From: Bacteriovoracaceae bacterium
GTDB lineage: Bacteria; Bdellovibrionota; Bacteriovoracia; Bacteriovoracales; Bacteriovoracaceae
Reading direction: 5' to 3'
Length of the DNA: 64,000 nt
NCBI GenBank assembly: GCA_049241565.1
Contig: JBMLQL010000064.1
Coordinates: 8,506-72,505 of the forward strand
The position numbers and the translations under genes were made by a program. Below, piece after piece: positions 1 to 9,985 of the stretch (position 1 is the first letter of the stretch; each line of letters begins with the position of its first letter). A model generated the notes under the pieces. That model was given only the letters and a program-made list of their open reading frames with translations, did not search any database and had not been told where the DNA came from.

Positions 1-1329
1 AATATTTAAATTCTGTCTTAAAACTGGTCCGTATTCGTTTTTGCAAGGATCTACGAAAGTACAAAGGGCCAGATCCTCTTCGTCAAGCTCAAGAGCTCCA
101 AGATTTACAGCTTGATCAGTGTTATTACTCATCATGTATCTTAGAAGTTGAGTTGGAAGAATATCCATTGGCATCACGGCTTCAAATGATCCAATAGGAA
201 CAATTGAACGGTGTGAACCATTTGTATTTGTATCAAAGCTAAATTTTTTACCCGGAATAAGTTTTGAGAGGAAAACACTCTTGAGTGAGAACTTATTAAG
301 TCCTGGAGAATGCCAGCCGAGGAACTCACGGTGATGACCCTCTTTAAGCATTGAAACTTGAAGATGGAATCGACCAAGGAATCCTGCAGATCCAGCAGCA
401 ATTCTTCCACCCAAAACCGAGCCAGAAACGTGACGAAGTGGAGCATTATCAAAATTTTCTCCGGCCACAAGATCAGCAATACTCGCTCCCATAACTGTTT
501 TCACAAGACGAGGATTACGAGCAGCAGGCCCCGCCAAAGAGATCACGCGCTCATTGAAAAACTCTCCTGTTTTGAAAAGTTTTCCGATAGCGATCACGTC
601 TTGGTAATTTAAATGCCAAACTGATGACTTGGCAGAAACTGGTGATAAGAAGTGAATATGAGTTCCCACAAGTCCTGCTGGATGTGGTCCTTCAAAAGTT
701 TCTTTTTGAGCGTTAGCAATTCCACTCACGTCAACTTTTGACCCTTTATGAGTTACAACAAAAACTTTTCCTGTTGTTAGTTTTGAGAGTGCAAGAACAC
801 CATTTTTTAGATCTTCAACATGATCAACGACAACAAGCTCAGGATTGGCCGCTAGTGGATTTGTATCCATCACGTTCACAAAAATTGCTTTTGGAGTTGA
901 ACTCACTTCAGGTGTTTTAGAGAATGGACGAGTTCTAAGTGCTGTCCAAAATCCAGATTCAACTAATAAGCTCTTCACTTCTTCAGCTGAATACTCACCG
1001 ATCGCTTTGTTTTTAAAATTTTTAAAAACAACCTGCTCTCCACCTTCGTTAGAAATAACGATAGATTGAAAAACACGACGATCACCACGATTGATTTCAA
1101 GAACACTACCAGTTACAGGAGAAGTAAACATCACTCCAGGGGCTTTCTTGTCTTCAAAAAGTGGTTGTCCTTTTTTAACCTTGTCACCGACGGCAACAAG
1201 CATAGAGGGTTTCATTCCCACGTAATCCTCAGCTACGATTGCAACTTTAGAGACTGCGTGAGCAGGAAAGATTTTTTGCACTGGTGAACCAGTGATGGGC
1301 AAATCAAGCCCTTTAGTGATCTTAGTCAT
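1..1329 (-). CDS. nqrA: Na+-translocating NADH:quinone oxidoreductase subunit A; the last few C-terminal residues lie off-window
   Basis: The ORF is open to the left edge, so it is missing from the ORF track. Hand translation from ATG 1329 gives MTKITKGLDLPITGSPVQKIF... and ends ...LGALELDEEDLALCTFVDPCKNEYGPVLRQNLNI. Both ends match Vibrio NqrA as I remember it (MITIKKGLDLPIAG..., LGALELDEEDLALCTFV). AAAGGG lies just upstream. Confidence 0.85.
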   Translation of the reverse strand, partial: MTKITKGLDLPITGSPVQKIFPAHAVSKVAIVAEDYVGMKPSMLVAVGDKVKKGQPLFEDKKAPGVMFTSPVTGSVLEINRGDRRVFQSIVISNEGGEQVVFKNFKNKAIGEYSAEEVKSLLVESGFWTALRTRPFSKTPEVSSTPKAIFVNVMDTNPLAANPELVVVDHVEDLKNGVLALSKLTTGKVFVVTHKGSKVDVSGIANAQKETFEGPHPAGLVGTHIHFLSPVSAKSSVWHLNYQDVIAIGKLFKTGEFFNERVISLAGPAARNPRLVKTVMGASIADLVAGENFDNAPLRHVSGSVLGGRIAAGSAGFLGRFHLQVSMLKEGHHREFLGWHSPGLNKFSLKSVFLSKLIPGKKFSFDTNTNGSHRSIVPIGSFEAVMPMDILPTQLLRYMMSNNTDQAVNLGALELDEEDLALCTFVDPCKNEYGPVLRQNLNI

Positions 1330-1521
1330 GATCATCCCTTTACAATTGTTTGTAATTATAAGGCTTTATCTTTAGGTAAACTGTAGAATAATTATCATCT
1401 TTTTTAAGATTATGACAATCAAAGAAAATATGGCCTGTCTAAATAAATGCGGTGAATAATTGTCCAAGAAGTGATTAATTATTTTTAAGAATTAAGTCGA
1501 AAAAGAATCGTGGGAGAAAAT

Positions 1522-2223
1522 ATGGTTGGCCCTATCGTTATACTTATTGAAGGTGAATATAATTACGTCGAAAAAGAACGTAATTACTGCCAAGAAACTT
1601 TTAAGCTCACACATCACAACGAAACAGGACATTATATTCTTCTGTCTGAGATCTTTTCTCGGATGGATTCTGGTGAGCTTCTCAAGGTGAATGTTCACTA
1701 TGAAATGAATCAATATTACTTCCCTATCAATGTGAAAATTTCTCGCTCGCTCGGGAAAAAGTTTTCTCTGGAAACCTTTATTCTGGACACAACTGCTCAG
1801 TCTCTCCAGTATACTTTTCAAACTGACTCTGCAGCGCAAAACTATTCTATGCCGGCCTCAAACAAACATTATATTGCGAGCCCGTCTTTTGCGACGACTG
1901 CTTTATTCACTTTGTCTAAGAAATTTGACGCTACTGGGCGAACAGCAGTGTCTATGATCACAACCGATAATACCTGGGATTACCAAGGCCCACCGGAAGA
2001 CAGAATTATTTATGCAGATTTTAAAACCAGAGAGCTGACGGATTTTAAAATTAATAAAACAGAGCTTTCGGCCATGCTTCTTCACCTCTATAAGGGAGAT
2101 GCCAGCAGTCTTCAACCAGAAGAGCCAGTAGAGCTCTATTTAAGTAAGCACTTTAATCTTCCCTGCCAGATGAGCCATGGAGACCAGCAGATTCTTGTGA
2201 AAAGTCTTAAAAAAATTAATTAG
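1522..2223 (+). CDS. hypothetical protein, no recognisable family
   Basis: Long ORF. I prefer ATG 1522 over the track's GTG 1510 because GGGAGA sits 4 nt upstream of 1522. Its 3' end overlaps the convergent dinG by 8 nt. Confidence 0.5.
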   Translation: MVGPIVILIEGEYNYVEKERNYCQETFKLTHHNETGHYILLSEIFSRMDSGELLKVNVHYEMNQYYFPINVKISRSLGKKFSLETFILDTTAQSLQYTFQTDSAAQNYSMPASNKHYIASPSFATTALFTLSKKFDATGRTAVSMITTDNTWDYQGPPEDRIIYADFKTRELTDFKINKTELSAMLLHLYKGDASSLQPEEPVELYLSKHFNLPCQMSHGDQQILVKSLKKIN

Positions 2224-5083
2224 TCGTAAAATAGGTTTTAATCGATTCACAGGCCTCTTTCAGAGGCAAGTGTGAAATCTGATAGGGCTCCATCAATTTA
2301 ATGAATGACTTAAATGTATTTCCTTTCCATTTCTTCACGCGATTATCAATCACTAAAATGGCGCCATGATCACTCTCTGTTCGCAAGAGGCGTCCGAATT
2401 TTTGATGAAGGGAGCGAGTTCGGTTCGCGAGGAAATAATCCGTAAACTCATTACTAAATTTAAATTCAAAAAAATCTCGACGTTTCTGAATCACAAGATC
2501 TTGGCGAAGATCAGGAATTTTATCGACCACAATAAATTGTAATTTCTCTCCAGGAATATCGATTCCTTCTCCAAAAGTTTCCATTCCAATCAAAATCGCC
2601 GCCTCTTCCTTTTTGAATTCTTCCACTACATTCTTACCAAGTCCTTGGATAAAAACAGGAATGCGGCCTTCATATTTTTTGAGAAGAAGATCAGCCGCCA
2701 TATCAAATCTCAATCTCGAAGAGAAAAGAAGCAGAGTTCTTCCTCCAAGAGTGTCAATCACTGGAGCAATTCCTTCTAGAAGGTCTGGCACAAACATCGG
2801 ATCACTTAAGTTTCGAGTGTCTGAACTTAAATAAACCTTACTCTTATTTTTATAATCGTAAACTGCATCTAAAAATAGTCCCGACTTAAAACGCTTATCT
2901 GACGGCAGATAAGTATACCCCGTCATCCACTCCACCCCTTGAAATCCAGCATCACCAGCGGCATTGGCCAGAGTGGCAGAAGTAAACACTACAGAGTGAG
3001 AAGGTGTGAGGAGTTCATCAAAAATTTTTCTTCCCACATCAATGGGTGAAGAAGACATAGTATAACCATCATTTTCTGAATACTGAAGAACGCCAACCCA
3101 GTCTTTAGGAGCATCGATATAATGCTTAAAGGCTTCACAAAGTTTTTCTAGTTGCCCAAACATCGATTCAAAAACGGCCCAGGCCTTAATCTTATTTTTA
3201 TCTTCTTTAAGGTCTTTAATTTCCCAACGAGAAATAAAAGGAAAATAAAGAGTGAAGAGTTCAGAGAAAATAAACTCCAGACTCTTAATATGATTTAAAA
3301 TCGCTGTGGCCAGGACATCCTGAGTTCCCCCATCTTTTGGCAGTGGCAGCTCATTCATATAGGCCGGTGTATAATTTGGAAGCTTCTTAAACCAAGACTC
3401 AATAATCTGAGGCAAAGAGGCAAAATGATCTCTGGCCATATTTGTATTAGATGTCGTTTGCTGACGAAGTCGGGCCACGGTGTCTTCCACTTTAAATTCA
3501 TCTTCCATGGAATTGAGAAGATAAATAAGCGCTCCCATCCCCTGAGGTAGGGCCTTAAAAAAGATTTCAAGATTTTTCTGAGTCACCTCAATAGAGAAGG
3601 CCTTAGTCCCTTCTGATTCAATTTTATGGGCCTCATCCACCACTACATATTCTGGACGTGGAAGTGAGCGCGGCCAATGAAGAAGAAGCGCATGATTGCC
3701 GACAATAAGATTGGCCTCTTTGGCTTCTCTAAGACCTTGGACATAAGAGCACTGATTCACAAAAGGACAATTCTGCCCGGCGCAGGCGCGGTAATCCACG
3801 GCAATTTCATTTTCTTTCTCTGAAATTTCAGGGATCAATTTCTTTAGGATAAAAGGGATTTGATCGCGCGTAGATTTGCGATCATAGCTGGCACGAGAAT
3901 TATGAAAAAAGAACATCTCATAATAAGCTTTTGTATAAACAGCTCCAAGCTGAAAAGTTAGAGTGGCCTGCTCTTCATTCTCGCGGAAAAGAAGTTCACA
4001 AAGGTGATTACTTGATCCCACCAATCGAACCACTTTAAATTGATCCGCCTCAAGATTTAAAAGTTTTCTCAATTGAGGAATATCTTTTTGAATGGCCTGA
4101 TCTTGAAGAGTTTTTGTTCCCGTGGCCATGAGCACAGTTCGTTTTTCTTTAAGAGAGAACAACGCCGATGGGAGCAAATACCCCATGGTTTTCCCAGTTC
4201 CTGTCGGGGCCTGAACCAGAGAGTGGATGCCGTTTTTAAATGACTGACCCACACGCAACGCTAACTGCTCTTGGGCCTCACGGTGTTTATAGTGTGGAAG
4301 GATTTTTTTTACATTCGCTTCATCACGAAGAATATGTTGAATATTTTGTCCGTTAAACTCTTGAGAGAAATCAACTTTCACCGAACTTTGCTCTTCAGTG
4401 ACTGGACGAAGAGAGTCTTTATACTTTTTATAGGCCTCTTTGAGAGGAAAATCGATGGCCGCGGCGACTTCATCCAACTCATCCACATCAAGAGCAAAGA
4501 AGTGCTTAAACCAAAATTCGTCAGGGAATTCACGCATCTCCTCAGAAAGCTTTACTCTAAACTCACGGTCCTGGTGAGACATATAAGTCGCCACCAACAT
4601 GGCCTTTAAAAGATCACGAGAATCGGCCAGACCACGGTGCTCTTCTTTCTCAGCAATCTGTAGATGATTCATAATCACTTCAAGATTGAGCGTCGAAAAC
4701 TCAGGAAAGAGTAATCCAAAAAATAAAATAGAATCCTGATAAGTCTCGCGATAGGTTGAGCTTTTTTCTACTTTATCAAAGTATTTTTTTAAAAAGCTCT
4801 CTTCAAAGCCTGCATTATGGGCCACCAAAGAGTGCTTCTCTAGCTCTAAAAGATCATGCTCCACTTTTTCCCAAACTGGGGCCTTCATCACTTGATCATT
4901 AGTAATCCCAGTTAATTTTGTAATGAAAGGAGAAACAGGAAATTCTGAGCGCACCAGTGACGAGAAAGTCTTAATCAGTTTAGTACCTTCAAATTGGTAA
5001 AAACCAAGATCGATAATGGCATCATTTCCAGGATTTATTCCAGTGGTTTCAATATCAATGACGGCCCAGTGACCTAACGACAT
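2216..5083 (-). CDS. dinG: DinG-family ATP-dependent helicase with an N-terminal DnaQ-like 3'-5' exonuclease domain
   Basis: Exonuclease motifs are VIDIETTG, VAHNAGFEESFL and HRGLADSRDLL. Walker A is APTGTGKT and the DEAH box is VVDEAHK. A four-Cys pattern C-X71-C-X4-C-X5-C is present. ATG 5083 is preceded by AAGGTA; TTG 5101 is the alternative start. Confidence 0.85.
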   Translation of the reverse strand: MSLGHWAVIDIETTGINPGNDAIIDLGFYQFEGTKLIKTFSSLVRSEFPVSPFITKLTGITNDQVMKAPVWEKVEHDLLELEKHSLVAHNAGFEESFLKKYFDKVEKSSTYRETYQDSILFFGLLFPEFSTLNLEVIMNHLQIAEKEEHRGLADSRDLLKAMLVATYMSHQDREFRVKLSEEMREFPDEFWFKHFFALDVDELDEVAAAIDFPLKEAYKKYKDSLRPVTEEQSSVKVDFSQEFNGQNIQHILRDEANVKKILPHYKHREAQEQLALRVGQSFKNGIHSLVQAPTGTGKTMGYLLPSALFSLKEKRTVLMATGTKTLQDQAIQKDIPQLRKLLNLEADQFKVVRLVGSSNHLCELLFRENEEQATLTFQLGAVYTKAYYEMFFFHNSRASYDRKSTRDQIPFILKKLIPEISEKENEIAVDYRACAGQNCPFVNQCSYVQGLREAKEANLIVGNHALLLHWPRSLPRPEYVVVDEAHKIESEGTKAFSIEVTQKNLEIFFKALPQGMGALIYLLNSMEDEFKVEDTVARLRQQTTSNTNMARDHFASLPQIIESWFKKLPNYTPAYMNELPLPKDGGTQDVLATAILNHIKSLEFIFSELFTLYFPFISRWEIKDLKEDKNKIKAWAVFESMFGQLEKLCEAFKHYIDAPKDWVGVLQYSENDGYTMSSSPIDVGRKIFDELLTPSHSVVFTSATLANAAGDAGFQGVEWMTGYTYLPSDKRFKSGLFLDAVYDYKNKSKVYLSSDTRNLSDPMFVPDLLEGIAPVIDTLGGRTLLLFSSRLRFDMAADLLLKKYEGRIPVFIQGLGKNVVEEFKKEEAAILIGMETFGEGIDIPGEKLQFIVVDKIPDLRQDLVIQKRRDFFEFKFSNEFTDYFLANRTRSLHQKFGRLLRTESDHGAILVIDNRVKKWKGNTFKSFIKLMEPYQISHLPLKEACESIKTYFTTN

Positions 5084-5182
5084 GGTGTTACCTTTTTGCA
5101 ATGTGACAAGTAAGACGTCTAAGATTAAAAAAAGTGCAGACCTTAGTCAATTATGCTACCTTGGGCCAAACGAGGATTTTAT

Positions 5183-5578
5183 ATGAGTAAATGGTTAATG
5201 CAGAGTCAATCTCTCATCATCGTGGTGATGATGATTATCGGGATTGTTGTTCATCGTCGTCGCTCTCTTCATGTAAAAATCATGAGTTCGGTTATTATTT
5301 GGGATATTTTATTGATTCTCCAAGTGGAATTGGGTCGAAAAGCGATCATGAAGGCCTCTCAGGCCATGACCAATCCTGCTCTTTTAAATATTCATGTTTC
5401 TATCGCTGTCTCAACAGTTCTGCTTTATATTGTGATGGTTATTACGGGAAGAAAGGTTTTGGCCGGTCAGTCAGAATTATTGCCACAGCATAAACGAATC
5501 GGATACATCACCTTTGTCATGAGATTATTAACTTTTGCAACGAGCTTTTTTGCCGTTGTTCCGGATGAGGCCGTATGA
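5183..5578 (+). CDS. small integral membrane protein, about 4 TM segments, family uncertain
   Basis: Hydrophobic segments run throughout. GAGGA lies upstream of ATG 5183. The stop overlaps the bolA-like start in an ATGA. Confidence 0.55.
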   Translation: MSKWLMQSQSLIIVVMMIIGIVVHRRRSLHVKIMSSVIIWDILLILQVELGRKAIMKASQAMTNPALLNIHVSIAVSTVLLYIVMVITGRKVLAGQSELLPQHKRIGYITFVMRLLTFATSFFAVVPDEAV

Positions 5579-5826
5579 GCGGATTTGAATGGTTAGAAGA
5601 CTTAATTAAAAAAGAAATTCCTGATGCCCATATTGAAGTCACGGATCTCACTGGAACCAGAGACCATCTTGGTATCCTCGTGGCCAGTGATATTTTCAAA
5701 GGAAAGCTACTTATAGATCAGCATCAAATTTTGATGAATATTCTTAAGGAAGAACTTAAGCAGCGTATTCATGCAGTCAAACTTCAAACATTAACGAAAG
5801 AAAAATTCGAGCAAACCAAAGGATAA
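5575..5826 (+). CDS. BolA/IbaG-family protein
   Basis: The 83-aa protein has a BolA-like pattern (IEVTDLTG..DHLGILVASDIFKGK..IDQHQ) and sits directly upstream of a monothiol glutaredoxin, the classical pairing. Confidence 0.8.
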   Translation: MSGFEWLEDLIKKEIPDAHIEVTDLTGTRDHLGILVASDIFKGKLLIDQHQILMNILKEELKQRIHAVKLQTLTKEKFEQTKG

Positions 5827-5829
5827 GTC

Positions 5830-6207
5830 ATGTCTAATCCATTCAACGTCATCAACAACTCTGTAGAAGAAATTGAAGTCACTAATAAAGAGATTGAGCT
5901 TAAAGAACAAATCGAAACTCTTCTAAAATCAGGGACAGTAGTTCTTTTTATGAAAGGAAATGCTGATTTTCCTCAGTGCGGATTCTCTGCCAATTCGGTA
6001 GCTATTCTTAAGCACCTTACAGTGCCCTTCAAAACATTTAATATTTTAAACGATCCTGAAATTCGCCAAGGCCTAAAAGAATATTCTAACTGGCCAACTT
6101 ATCCACAACTTTATGTGAATGGTAAGCTCATTGGTGGAAACGATATCATCACGGAGATGTATCAATCAGGTGACCTCCAAGAGTATCTTAAAGAAGCTCT
6201 TAAATAG
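5830..6207 (+). CDS. grxD: monothiol glutaredoxin (Grx4 type)
   Basis: Contains VVLFMKGNADFPQCGFS (the CGFS active site) and WPTYPQLYVNGKLIGG. Confidence 0.9.
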   Translation: MSNPFNVINNSVEEIEVTNKEIELKEQIETLLKSGTVVLFMKGNADFPQCGFSANSVAILKHLTVPFKTFNILNDPEIRQGLKEYSNWPTYPQLYVNGKLIGGNDIITEMYQSGDLQEYLKEALK

Positions 6208-6213
6208 AGAGAT

Positions 6214-7431
6214 ATGAACCAGATCATTGGTAAACTCATTAAAGATAAACCTGTTCACCTTTGGGGAGCAGGAATCTCTGGTCTGGTTCTCGCCTACTAT
6301 CTCAAAAAAGCTGGTTTCCAAGTCTCTCTCTTTGAGAAATCTTCTCAAACTGGTGGGAAGATCGGCACCAAACAAACGGCCTGGGGCCCCATTGAAACTG
6401 CCGCCAATGCTCTTTTTCTCAGTCCTGATGCTCTGGAACTTATCGACGAGCTTAAGCTCACACCAAAACCATCCGCTTTAAAACTTAAAAGACATCTCTA
6501 TTTGAATGGAAAGTTTTGCTCTCCTCTCTCCTTCAAATTAATGGCGAGAGTCATCTTAGGGTGGCGAAAAAAAATACCGCCTCAAGAACACCCTACCGTT
6601 GAAGATTTTCTTCTTCCTTTCTTTAGCCGTGATCTAATTGACCATCTTGTCTCCCCTTCTCTTGGAGGCATTTACGCAACTGAGGCCCGTGGTCTTGATA
6701 TGGAAAGTCTTTTCCCAGAAGAATTTAAGGCCAAGACCTATGGTGAATTTCTTTTAAATATAAAAAAACGTCTTCAGAAGAATCGAGGAATGCGGCTTAA
6801 AGGCTCAGTCAGTTTTGAAGGAGGCATGCAAAAACTAATTGATGCCCTCACTGATTCACTGAAAGAGAATATTCATCTCAATTATCATGAACCATTTAGA
6901 CTTCAAGACAATACGATCCTTTGTACCGATGCCCTCGTGGCCAGTGAACTTCTAAGCGGAACTGATTTTTCAAATCCTTTAAAAAAAATTCAGTACGCTC
7001 CTCTTTCTACCACCACTATTTATCTCAGAAAAAAAATAAAAAAACTTGAAAACTCTTTTGGTGTCCTCATCCCGAGAGACCAAGGACTTCACTCTATTGG
7101 AATCCTGAGTAATAAAGATATTTTCCCTTTTAATTATAAAGATCTTTCCAGTTACACCTTCATCTCTCCTGAAATCCACGACCTAGAGGGAAAAATTCTT
7201 TCTGATCTGGAGCTTCTTGCTCCAGAGATAAAACAGAGTGATCGAGTTTTAGTCGAAACTAAACTTTGGCCTGCGGCACTTCCAATTTATAATAAAAAGA
7301 GAAAACTTGCAGTGAATGAACTTCATCAAATTGCCGATAAGCAAGCTGGAGTCATTCTCTTCGGAAATTATGTGGCCGGCATCTCTCTTCGAGAAATGAT
7401 TACTGCCGCTAAAAATTTTGCATCTCAATAA
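6214..7431 (+). CDS. hemY: FAD-dependent protoporphyrinogen/coproporphyrinogen oxidase-like protein
   Basis: N-terminal dinucleotide fold WGAGISGLVLAYYLKKAGFQVSLFEKSSQTGGKI and C-terminal ILFGNYVAGISLREMI, both typical of HemY/PPO. At 405 aa it is somewhat short for the family. Confidence 0.65.
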   Translation: MNQIIGKLIKDKPVHLWGAGISGLVLAYYLKKAGFQVSLFEKSSQTGGKIGTKQTAWGPIETAANALFLSPDALELIDELKLTPKPSALKLKRHLYLNGKFCSPLSFKLMARVILGWRKKIPPQEHPTVEDFLLPFFSRDLIDHLVSPSLGGIYATEARGLDMESLFPEEFKAKTYGEFLLNIKKRLQKNRGMRLKGSVSFEGGMQKLIDALTDSLKENIHLNYHEPFRLQDNTILCTDALVASELLSGTDFSNPLKKIQYAPLSTTTIYLRKKIKKLENSFGVLIPRDQGLHSIGILSNKDIFPFNYKDLSSYTFISPEIHDLEGKILSDLELLAPEIKQSDRVLVETKLWPAALPIYNKKRKLAVNELHQIADKQAGVILFGNYVAGISLREMITAAKNFASQ

Positions 7432-7440
7432 GAGGTTCCC

Positions 7441-8268
7441 ATGTCTAAAACAACTGATTTTCCTTATCTTCATGGCTTTACAGAAAAAGAGCAAACCCGT
7501 CTTCGTACTCAAGCCGCTTTCGCTGAGCATACTATTTTTCAGAATATCAATTTTAACGATGTGAAAAACATCCTAGAAGTTGGTTGTGGCGTTGGAGCTC
7601 AAACAGAAATCATGCTCAGACGTTTTCCTAAAGTGCACGTCACAGGAATTGATCTCTCCGATCCTCAACTCAAAGCCGCTGAGTCTTATTTGAATACTGT
7701 CCCTTACGCCAAAGGAAGATTTGATCTCAAAAAAATGAGTGCAGACAACCTCTCTTTTGAGGCCGGCAGTTTTGATGGCGCCTATTTATGCTGGGTTCTA
7801 GAGCATGTTCCTGAACCTGCAAGAGTCTTAAGTGAAGTTCGACGTGTTCTTCGACCAGGTGCAGAGATTGTTGTGAACGAAGTAATGAATCACTCTTTCT
7901 TTCTTGATCCGTACTCACCTCATGTTTGGAAATATTGGATGGCCTTTAATGATTATCAATACGATAAGGCCGGTGATCCTTTTGTTGGTGTCAAACTTGG
8001 AAATCTACTCACACAGGTGGGCTATCAAAACGTTCGAACAGAAATTAAAACATGGCATCTAGATAATCGCTCTCCGGCCAAACGCAAAGAGACAATTCTA
8101 TTCTGGACAGAATTAATGCTCAGTGCAGCTGAAGCGTTATTAAAAGAAAATTATGTCGATGAAGAAACAGTGAAAAAGACTCAGGAAGAATTACATCAAG
8201 TAGCTAATGATCCGAATGCTGTGTTCTTTTTCTCCTTTATGCAGGCGAAAGCGTCTGTTTTTTACTGA
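7441..8268 (+). CDS. class I SAM-dependent methyltransferase
   Basis: Motif I is ILEVGCGVGAQT. Acidic post-I residue and a Methyltransf_11-like layout. Confidence 0.8.
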   Translation: MSKTTDFPYLHGFTEKEQTRLRTQAAFAEHTIFQNINFNDVKNILEVGCGVGAQTEIMLRRFPKVHVTGIDLSDPQLKAAESYLNTVPYAKGRFDLKKMSADNLSFEAGSFDGAYLCWVLEHVPEPARVLSEVRRVLRPGAEIVVNEVMNHSFFLDPYSPHVWKYWMAFNDYQYDKAGDPFVGVKLGNLLTQVGYQNVRTEIKTWHLDNRSPAKRKETILFWTELMLSAAEALLKENYVDEETVKKTQEELHQVANDPNAVFFFSFMQAKASVFY

Positions 8269-8288
8269 TCTTTATATAGATGAGCTGA

Positions 8289-9974
8289 CTAGTTTAGCTC
8301 TTCATCATGAATAAGATCAGAAAGTTTCATCAGAGCATTCATTCTTCCGTTACCGTCTGAGATAAATTCTACTTTCTCAAGACCAAGGCCTTTAAGTTCT
8401 GGGTAACGAAGATCAAGAATATCTTTTCCTCTCATTGGATTAAGTTGCTTGCGAATTGTGTTCATCACTTTCTTTTTAAGACGTGGAACATTTTGGATTG
8501 TACTGATGAGCCCAACTTCTGGACGACCTTTTAAAAGCGTATCGTTAGAAGTATCAGCATCATTAAGATGAATGATGATGACTGGTAATCCTTCATGCTT
8601 CTCTACGCGAACTGAAACTTTAAGAACTAGTGGGAAGTTGATATTTTTAGCACCGATAATGAATCCTTCTACTTTACTTGGTCTGTAAACCACATCCATA
8701 TAAAGCGTCCCGGCACTACCACGCTCATCAAGTCTCATGAATACTTTTTTAGGTCCTAGAGTCACACCGGCTTCTTTGAGCATTGAATCCCAGAGCCCTG
8801 CATCGTATGTGGCCACTAGAAGCTTATTCACATAATCTTCAGAAACACTGGCAACGATATTTGTATCACCCTGGCCCATGATATCTTTCATCTCTAGAAT
8901 AGATTGCCCATGAAGTCTTTTATTAAGACGAGTCAGAGTCTCTTTTGTTTTCTTTTGGTGAACACAGGCTTTCTTGTTTTTCTCGAAATTCTCTTTTGTA
9001 CAAAAATCTCCGGGGAGATTGATTTCGACATTGTTAAGGTCAAGTGTGCTGGTAATATCATCAATTTTAATCTGACTTGAAATAATTGGATTATTGATCC
9101 AATACTCTTTATTAATTTTTACTTTTTCAGCAGCTTTAAGAATTGTTTCAGCTCCACCCTTTTTAAAAGATTCTGCTGTCTGAGCAAAAAGAAGCGTTTT
9201 AAGCTGAGTTTCGCGAGAACGTATAAGAGTCTCTACTTTTTTAACAGGAATCTGAAGAGTTTTATTACCGATTCGAACTGCAAGATCAGGAATGATAATA
9301 TCTTCAAAGGTTAGTGAAACCTTGTCGCGATTTTTATCTAAGAATTCACCAAGGTCTTTGAAAGATGATTCCATAATTTTAAAAGAAAAATTCTCTGAAT
9401 CTTCTTTGATTTTGATCGCGGCAAAGAATCCAAGAAAGTCTTTATCTTCTGCAATAATATGAGGTTTGATAATTTCGATTCTCACCACTGGAATTCCCTG
9501 CCCACCTTTCCCAGGAATTTCTAAAGAAAGAACAAGTTTATCTGCCTTCACATCAACTTTTGACGCTAAGAAATCCGAAGCAATGACAAGACCATCTGCT
9601 TCTTTACGAGTGGTCTTAAGCCCCATCTTGAATTGCTCTACATCATATGAAAGACCTTCAATAGAAACTTTTGTTGTCCCTTGGATAAGATTGAGTCCAA
9701 TCACGTTTCCAATATCATTAATAAGAATTTTTGAGTCTTTGCTTAAATAGTCTGAAACCACCAAATCAGAAATCTCAATGGGAGCATCAAGTTTATTTTT
9801 AAACGGATCTTCATGGCCAAAGTTTTTTAGAAGGCGTCTGACTTTAAGAACGAGCAACTGACTCCAGTCATGATCGAGTGTAGAATCCACAAGAATGTCA
9901 GGTGACTGAAATTTCGCCTGAGAAACCATAGGGAGAGAAAGAATCAGAATAAGAGCAAGTATCAACTTTTTCAT
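8289..9974 (-). CDS. secreted protein, paralog of the upstream gene; possible BPI/TULIP-like lipid-binding protein
   Basis: Signal peptide MKKLILALILILSLPMVSQA. Only an 11-nt gap separates it from the upstream gene. C-terminal half motifs are shared with 9986..11839 (see findings). Confidence 0.7.
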   Translation of the reverse strand: MKKLILALILILSLPMVSQAKFQSPDILVDSTLDHDWSQLLVLKVRRLLKNFGHEDPFKNKLDAPIEISDLVVSDYLSKDSKILINDIGNVIGLNLIQGTTKVSIEGLSYDVEQFKMGLKTTRKEADGLVIASDFLASKVDVKADKLVLSLEIPGKGGQGIPVVRIEIIKPHIIAEDKDFLGFFAAIKIKEDSENFSFKIMESSFKDLGEFLDKNRDKVSLTFEDIIIPDLAVRIGNKTLQIPVKKVETLIRSRETQLKTLLFAQTAESFKKGGAETILKAAEKVKINKEYWINNPIISSQIKIDDITSTLDLNNVEINLPGDFCTKENFEKNKKACVHQKKTKETLTRLNKRLHGQSILEMKDIMGQGDTNIVASVSEDYVNKLLVATYDAGLWDSMLKEAGVTLGPKKVFMRLDERGSAGTLYMDVVYRPSKVEGFIIGAKNINFPLVLKVSVRVEKHEGLPVIIIHLNDADTSNDTLLKGRPEVGLISTIQNVPRLKKKVMNTIRKQLNPMRGKDILDLRYPELKGLGLEKVEFISDGNGRMNALMKLSDLIHDEELN

Positions 9975-9985
9975 GGATTTCCCTG

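Noticed and set aside
174-1287. Five ORFs in the supplied track (174..479-, 358..612+, 738..920+, 845..1069+, 1066..1287+).
   Set aside because: All lie inside or antisense to the clearly recognisable nqrA frame, which is open from 1329 to the window edge. Their products are low-complexity and lack SD sequences, so they are spurious.
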